A stretch of DNA of 64,000 nucleotides. It comes from an uncultured Acidobacteriota bacterium. GTDB lineage: Bacteria > Acidobacteriota > Blastocatellia > RBC074. The position numbers were made by a program, and so were the translations under genes. The stretch spans positions 384,001-448,000 of the forward strand of contig CAWCKY010000001.1 of NCBI GenBank assembly GCA_963796275.1, read 5' to 3'. Below, piece by piece: positions 57,406-64,000 of the stretch. Below the pieces are notes generated by a model. That model saw only the letters and a list, made by a program, of their open reading frames with translations. It was not told the DNA's origin and did no database searches. Position 1 is the first letter of the stretch. Every line of letters starts with the position of its first letter.

Positions 57406-58593
57406 ATGGGGAAAGAGAAATTTGATCGCAGCAAACCGCACGTCAATGTGGGAACCATCGGGCACGTCGATCACGGCAAGACGACTTTGACGGCAGCCAT
57501 CACGCGCGTGCTGGCCAAAAACAACCCGAAAATTCAGTTTCGCAGTTTCGATTCCATCGACAACGCCCCGGAAGAGAAGGCGCGCGGGATCACCATCGCC
57601 ACCGCCCACGTCGAGTACGAGACCAAGAACCGCCACTATGCCCACGTCGACTGCCCGGGCCACGCCGATTACGTCAAGAACATGATCACCGGGGCGGCCC
57701 AGATGGATGGGGCGATCCTGGTGGTGGCGGCCACCGACGGCCCGATGCCGCAGACGCGCGAGCACATCCTGCTGGCGCGCCAGGTGGGAGTGCCGGCGAT
57801 GGTCGTCTTTATGAACAAGGTCGATGCGGTCGACGATCCGGAGCTGCTGGACCTGGTCGAGCTCGAAGTGCGCGAGCTGCTCTCGCGCTATGAGTTTCCC
57901 GGCGACGACATTCCGATCATCCGCGGGAGCGCACTGAACGCGCTCAACGGAGATGCCGAGGGCGAGAAGCAGGTGGAGGAGCTGATGGCGGCCGTCGACA
58001 GCTACATCCCGACCCCGGCGCGCCAGGTCGACAAGCCGTTCCTGATGCCGGTGGAGGACATCTTCTCGATCTCGGGACGCGGGACGGTGGCGACGGGAAG
58101 GATCGAGCGGGGAATGGTGAAGGTGGGAGAGACGGTGGAGATAGTGGGGATCAAGGCGACGCGCAACTCGGTGGTGACGGGCGTGGAGATGTTCAAGAAG
58201 CTGCTGGACGAGGGGCAGGCGGGCGACAACGTGGGTCTGCTGTTGCGCGGAATCGATCGCAAGGAGATCGAGCGGGGACAGGTGATCGCCAAACCCGGAT
58301 CGATCAAGCCGCACACGAAGTTCAAGGCGGAAGCCTACGTGCTGACGAAGGAAGAGGGCGGGCGGCACACGCCGTTCTTCACGGGATATCGCCCGCAGTT
58401 CTACTTTCGGACGACGGACGTGACTGGCGTGGCGAAGCTGCCCGACGGGGTGGAGATGGTGATGCCGGGAGACAACATCGCGATGGAGATCGAGCTGATC
58501 ACGCCGATCGCGATGGAGAAGGGATTGCGCTTCGCGATCCGCGAAGGCGGGCGTACGGTAGGCGCCGGTACGATCTCGGAGATTATTGAGTAA
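57406..58593 (+). CDS. tuf: Elongation factor Tu
   Basis: [29 protein letters not shown]. Confidence 0.98.
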   Translation: MGKEKFDRSKPHVNVGTIGHVDHGKTTLTAAITRVLAKNNPKIQFRSFDSIDNAPEEKARGITIATAHVEYETKNRHYAHVDCPGHADYVKNMITGAAQMDGAILVVAATDGPMPQTREHILLARQVGVPAMVVFMNKVDAVDDPELLDLVELEVRELLSRYEFPGDDIPIIRGSALNALNGDAEGEKQVEELMAAVDSYIPTPARQVDKPFLMPVEDIFSISGRGTVATGRIERGMVKVGETVEIVGIKATRNSVVTGVEMFKKLLDEGQAGDNVGLLLRGIDRKEIERGQVIAKPGSIKPHTKFKAEAYVLTKEEGGRHTPFFTGYRPQFYFRTTDVTGVAKLPDGVEMVMPGDNIAMEIELITPIAMEKGLRFAIREGGRTVGAGTISEIIE

Positions 58594-58684
58594 TTAGTAA
58601 AGGATAGTAGTCGGGCGTCGCTTGTCGGTTCGCTTACGGGCCGGCGCAGCCGATAACCGGCTACCAAATTACCGACAACCGAAC

Positions 58685-59011
<327 letters not shown>

Positions 59012-59192
59012 TCGTAATTAATCTCTGAGGGAGTTTTCAGTTTCAGCCCTCGCTGTTCCAACCGCTTTGTGGGTAGCGAGTGCTCGAGTAGTGGCTCTCT
59101 GACTAAGCGACTGTAGAGTAAGTCAATAGTCGCTAAGTTTATAGCTGCTAAGGGATAGCGATAGGCGAGAACTGGAGACTTCGGGGGTAATA

Positions 59193-59828
59193 ATGGTGAA
59201 CGGAATTATCGGTAAAAAGCTGGGGATGACGCAGATATTCGCTCCCGACGGGACGATGACGCCGGTTACGGTGATCAAGGCCGGCCCCTGCGTGGTCGTG
59301 CAGCGTAAAACTGTCTCATCCGATGGATACGAGGCTGTTCAGTTGGGCCTGGTAGAGGAGAAGACGCCGAAGCGGATCAACAAGCCTATGAAGGGCCATT
59401 TTGAGAAGGCGGGCATTCCGCCGACCCGCATACTGCGCGAGTTTCGACTCGATGACGGCACGGCCGTGATCAACGTAGGGGACAAGGTCCTCGTCGATCA
59501 GTTCTCGGAGAACGACGTCGTAGACGTGGTCGGAACAAGCAAGGGCCGCGGTTTCGCCGGTTTCGTCAAACGCCACGGTTTCGGCGGTGGACGCGCCTCG
59601 CACGGCTCGATGTTCCACCGGGCTCCCGGTTCGATCGGAGCTTCGGCCTTTCCTTCGCGCGTCATAAAAGGGACGAGGATGGCCGGCCATATGGGAGTCG
59701 AACGGAATACGATCAAGAACCTGCGAATAATAAAGGTCAACACGGAAGAGAACATCCTGCTGATCAAAGGGGCGGTGCCGGGACCGAATGGCGCGTATGT
59801 TCTGATCAGGAAAAAGCAGATCGATTAA
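59193..59828 (+). CDS. rplC: 50S ribosomal protein L3
   Basis: [30 protein letters not shown]. Confidence 0.97.
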   Translation: MVNGIIGKKLGMTQIFAPDGTMTPVTVIKAGPCVVVQRKTVSSDGYEAVQLGLVEEKTPKRINKPMKGHFEKAGIPPTRILREFRLDDGTAVINVGDKVLVDQFSENDVVDVVGTSKGRGFAGFVKRHGFGGGRASHGSMFHRAPGSIGASAFPSRVIKGTRMAGHMGVERNTIKNLRIIKVNTEENILLIKGAVPGPNGAYVLIRKKQID

Positions 59829-59846
59829 TTTTCGGTGAGGGCCGAG

Positions 59847-60473
59847 ATGCCTACTATAGAAGTCAAGAACTTGAAGAACGAGAGAATCGGTGAGTTGGAG
59901 CTGAAGGAAGAAGTTTTCGGCGTTCCGCTCAACGAGGCATTGATTCATGACGTGGTCAAAAACCATCTGACCAATCAGCGTCAGGGAACGGTGAAGACGA
60001 AAACGCGGGGTAATACCTCGGGGAGCGGGAAGAAGCTCTGGCGCCAGAAGGGCACGGGAAGAGCCCGGATAGCCAGCCTGAGATCTCCCCTGTGGAGGGG
60101 CGGCGGCAACGTACACGGCCCGCAGCCGCGCGACTGGACGAGCGAAATGCCCAAGAAGATGAAGCGCGGCGCGCTCAAGTCAGCTCTCTCCGAGAGACTA
60201 CGCGAGGGGAATCTGATAGTTATCGAGGATTTCAATCTCGATAATCACAAGACGAAAAGTTTCATCGCTATCGCCGAGATTTTCGGCTGGGGCGAAAAGA
60301 CGCTGATCGTCGAGACCGAGCCTAAGACGAACCTGATCCTCTCATCACGCAATGTTCCCGGGATTAAGATCGCCTCCGGAGTTAACGTCAACGTTTACGA
60401 CGTGCTCTACAATGAGAAGATTGTTTTCACCAAAGATGCGATTAACGCCCTGCAGGATAAATTGAGCAAGTAG
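59847..60473 (+). CDS. rplD: 50S ribosomal protein L4
   Basis: [26 protein letters not shown]. Confidence 0.97.
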   Translation: MPTIEVKNLKNERIGELELKEEVFGVPLNEALIHDVVKNHLTNQRQGTVKTKTRGNTSGSGKKLWRQKGTGRARIASLRSPLWRGGGNVHGPQPRDWTSEMPKKMKRGALKSALSERLREGNLIVIEDFNLDNHKTKSFIAIAEIFGWGEKTLIVETEPKTNLILSSRNVPGIKIASGVNVNVYDVLYNEKIVFTKDAINALQDKLSK

Positions 60474-60485
60474 GGGGTGGACGTT

Positions 60486-60830
60486 ATGGCAAATACGATT
60501 TGGGACGTGCTCAAAGCGCCCGTGATCACGGAAAAGGCGCTTCAGATGAAAGAAAAGAGCACGATGAATATCCGCGACAGCAAAAACAAGAAGACCATCA
60601 GGCGCGACCGCCAGGTCCTCGCTTTCCGCGTGGCAGAGGGCGCGACCAAGCACGCGATCAAGCGGGCCGTCGAGGCGATCTTCAAGGTGAAAGTAGACGA
60701 GGTCCGGGTGGTTAACTACCGGGGCAAGACCGTCCGGCGTGGCCGCACCACCGGTCGCAAATCGGACTGGAAAAAGGCCTATGTCACCTTGCAGCGCGGC
60801 CATAACATTGATTACGCGGATTCGATTTGA
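60486..60830 (+). CDS. rplW: 50S ribosomal protein L23 with a basic insertion
   Basis: [29 protein letters not shown]. Confidence 0.95.
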   Translation: MANTIWDVLKAPVITEKALQMKEKSTMNIRDSKNKKTIRRDRQVLAFRVAEGATKHAIKRAVEAIFKVKVDEVRVVNYRGKTVRRGRTTGRKSDWKKAYVTLQRGHNIDYADSI

Positions 60831-60921
60831 GCGGTAGCCGTTTATCGGCAATCGGCTGTCGGTTCACGTCAAACCGTCATGTCGGTCACCGACGGCAACC
60901 GACTACTGGAATGAGGGAAAG

Positions 60922-61746
60922 ATGGGAATCAAGAAATTAAAACCGACCAGTCCCGCACGGCGGTACCAGACCTATCTGACTAACGATGAACTCACGACCG
61001 ATCAGCCGCACAAGCCGCTGCTCGTTAGCAAGAAGAGGACCAGCGCGCGCAACAACACGGGGAGGATGACCGTTCGTCATCGCGGCGGCGGGCATAAACG
61101 TCATTACCGCATCATCGATTTCAAGCGCGACAAGTTCGGTGTCCCGGGAATAGTGGCGACGATCGAGTACGACCCTAACCGGTCGGCTCGCATAGCGCTG
61201 ATCAACTATGCGGATGGGGAAAAGCGCTACATTATCGCACCGGTCGGGTTGAAGGTTGGACAGTCGATAATCTCCGGACCCGAAGCGGACATACTCACGG
61301 GGAATGCGCTTCCGATCAAGAACATCCCGCTGGGCACCGAGATTCACAACATAGAACTCAAGCCGGGCAAGGGTGGGCAGATGGCGCGCAGCGCGGGCAG
61401 TTTTGCGCAGTTGGTGGCGAAAGAAGGCGAAGCGGCGCAGTTGCGGCTGCCCTCTGGTGAAATAAGGTTCGTCTCGGTCAATTGCATGGCGACTATCGGT
61501 CAGGTAGGCAACGCCGAGCATGAGAATGTTTCCGTCGGCAAGGCGGGCCGCACCCGTTGGAAGGGAGTTCGTCCGACGGTCCGCGGAGTGGCGATGAATC
61601 CAGTCGATCACCCGCACGGCGGGGGCGAGGGCAAAACCTCGGGCGGGCGCAATCCCGTCACCCCGTGGGGACAACCGACACGCGGATACAAGACTCGCAA
61701 CAATAAGCGGACAGATAAGTTTATCGTTAAACGAAGAACTAAATAG
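60922..61746 (+). CDS. rplB: 50S ribosomal protein L2
   Basis: [26 protein letters not shown]. Confidence 0.98.
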   Translation: MGIKKLKPTSPARRYQTYLTNDELTTDQPHKPLLVSKKRTSARNNTGRMTVRHRGGGHKRHYRIIDFKRDKFGVPGIVATIEYDPNRSARIALINYADGEKRYIIAPVGLKVGQSIISGPEADILTGNALPIKNIPLGTEIHNIELKPGKGGQMARSAGSFAQLVAKEGEAAQLRLPSGEIRFVSVNCMATIGQVGNAEHENVSVGKAGRTRWKGVRPTVRGVAMNPVDHPHGGGEGKTSGGRNPVTPWGQPTRGYKTRNNKRTDKFIVKRRTK

Positions 61747-61810
61747 TTTCAGTTTTAAGTTTTCAGCTCGGAACAAACTGAAAACTGATTACTGAAAACT
61801 GAAAACTGGT
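61745..61810. repeat. Heptamer-arm palindrome (GTTTTCA/TGAAAAC)
   Basis: agtttcagttttaagttttcag..ctgaaaactgattactgaaaactgaaaactg. Confidence 0.75.
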
Positions 61811-61816
61811 GAAGCT

Positions 61817-62104
61817 ATGGCACGTTCAGTAAAAAAAGGCCCGTTCATCGACAAGCATCTGATGAAGGTGATTGAGCGGATGAACGAGGCGAACGAGAAG
61901 AAGGTACATAAGACCTGGTCGCGGCGCTCTATGATCATCCCCGAGATGGTCGGACATACGCTGGCCGTCCATAACGGCAGGAAATTCATCCCGGTCTACA
62001 TCACGGAGAATATGGTCGGGCACAAACTCGGAGAGTTCGCCCCGACCCGCACATTCAAAGGCCACGCGGAAAAAGCGGAGAAAGCCGCGGGAGTGAAGAA
62101 ATAA
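61817..62104 (+). CDS. rpsS: 30S ribosomal protein S19
   Basis: [27 protein letters not shown]. Confidence 0.98.
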   Translation: MARSVKKGPFIDKHLMKVIERMNEANEKKVHKTWSRRSMIIPEMVGHTLAVHNGRKFIPVYITENMVGHKLGEFAPTRTFKGHAEKAEKAAGVKK

Positions 62105-62106
62105 CA

Positions 62107-62519
62107 ATGGAAGCAATTGCGAGAGCTAAAAACGTCAAAGTTTCGTCGCAGAAAGCCAAATTGGTGATGGACCTGATCCGCGGCCGGTTGTACAGCGATG
62201 CTCGCGACATACTTCGATTCACCAACAAGCGGGCGGCGGGAATGATCTACAAAGTCCTCGAATCGGCGCGCGCCAACGCCGAACAGCGCGCGCAGTCGGA
62301 CAATATAATAGTCGACGTGGACGAGTTGTGGGTCAAGGAATGCTTCGTCAATACCGGTACGACCAAATATCGCCGGCGCGTCCGGCCGGCCCCATGGGGC
62401 GGGCTTATCGTGAACGCCGTCATTACAGTCATCTGACAGTCGTTGTTTCGAGCGAGAAGCGCATAGATAGCGCGAGGACTGAGGGGGAGCTTCGGAAAGC
62501 CCGGAAATCAGCCCAGTGA
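62107..62519 (+). CDS. rplV: 50S ribosomal protein L22; apparent frameshift in the C-run near 62392
   Basis: [22 protein letters not shown]; [17 protein letters not shown] in the next frame. Confidence 0.93.
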
Positions 62520-62527
62520 AATAAATA

Positions 62528-63189
<662 letters not shown>

Positions 63190-63194
63190 GCAAA

Positions 63195-63632
63195 ATGGCT
63201 GAATATAAAATTCCCAAGAAGGTCAAATATCGCAAGCAGCAGCGCGGACGCCGCGCTGGAGCGGCGAAGCGCGGAACCGGCATCGCATTCGGCCAGTACG
63301 CTTTGAAGGCGATGGAGGCTGCCTGGATCAGCGGTAAGCAGATCGAAGCGGGGCGCGTCGCGATCACCCGCTTCGTCAAACGCGGCGGCAAGCTCTGGAT
63401 ACGCGTCTTTCCCGACAAGCCGATTACCAAGAAACCAGCTGAAACCCGTATGGGCAAGGGCAAGGGTGCGCCGGAAGGTTGGGTTGCGGTAATCAAGCCC
63501 GGCCGCATCATCTTCGAGATGGAAGGGGTAGATCTGGCAACAGCGCAGCGGGCGATGGAGCTGGCGGCGGCCAAGCTGTCGATCAAAACGAAGTTCATCA
63601 CTCGCAGCGACCAGGAAGGCGGTGGCGTGTGA
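63195..63632 (+). CDS. rplP: 50S ribosomal protein L16
   Basis: [29 protein letters not shown]. Confidence 0.97.
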   Translation: MAEYKIPKKVKYRKQQRGRRAGAAKRGTGIAFGQYALKAMEAAWISGKQIEAGRVAITRFVKRGGKLWIRVFPDKPITKKPAETRMGKGKGAPEGWVAVIKPGRIIFEMEGVDLATAQRAMELAAAKLSIKTKFITRSDQEGGGV

Positions 63633-63835
63633 GACACAAGTTGGATAAGTTGCGCGAACAGTCGAGCGAAGAGCTGATCAAGCGGGTGAGCGAGATCAAC
63701 GAGTCGCTCTTCCGCCTCAACTTCAAAAAAGCGCTGGGCGACACCGATACAGTCAAGACTATTCGCAGGGAGAGAAAAGAACTCGCACGGCTCAAAACTA
63801 TCCTGCGCGGGCGCGCTCTCGGCATCGAGAAATAA
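63629..63835 (+). CDS. rpmC: 50S ribosomal protein L29
   Basis: GTG overlapping the rplP stop; [26 protein letters not shown]. Confidence 0.92.
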   Translation: MRHKLDKLREQSSEELIKRVSEINESLFRLNFKKALGDTDTVKTIRRERKELARLKTILRGRALGIEK

Positions 63836-63853
63836 GGTATATGCGGAGAAACA

Positions 63854-64000
63854 ATGGAAAATAGCGAAACGTCAATCGCCGAAAGCCAAAATGCAGCAGG
63901 TGGGCAGCCGTCCGAGATCAAACGCCGGCGCCGAACCGAAAAGGTGGGAATCGTCACCAGCGATAAGATGCTGAAGACAGTGGTGGTGCGCGTAGACCGC
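63854..64000 (+). CDS. rpsQ: 30S ribosomal protein S17, 3'-truncated by the window edge
   Basis: [24 protein letters not shown]. Confidence 0.93.
   Translation, partial: MENSETSIAESQNAAGGQPSEIKRRRRTEKVGIVTSDKMLKTVVVRVDR

Overview
Bacterial chromosomal window. The VWA protein type, Kgd-type 2-oxoglutarate dehydrogenase and HspR operon suggest Acidobacteriota, possibly Blastocatellia; this is inference. Most of the window is housekeeping: a dnaK-hsp20-dnaJ-hspR operon with a HAIR operator, kgd/sucA, tRNA-Glu, argS-aroF, rph-murI, tmRNA, aroDE, hemF and the str/S10 ribosomal protein cluster. The main accessory element is a class II lanthipeptide locus at 0.9-5.0 kb: one intact LanM and three tandem precursors. 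Their leaders lack the double-glycine site (two end in ASSR/ASGR), two predicted cores are 12 residues with a single terminal Cys, and no LanT/LanP is visible. A second unannotated element is a candidate sigma54-dependent ~100-nt small RNA at 51.2-51.3 kb, with -24/-12 promoter, 5' hairpin, CU-rich seed and intrinsic terminator. Its seed is complementary to the RBS region of another sigma54-promoter gene 2.2 kb away. Intergenic spaces carry many palindromes built from short repeats. Seven single-base frameshifts in five conserved genes look like sequencing or assembly indels.
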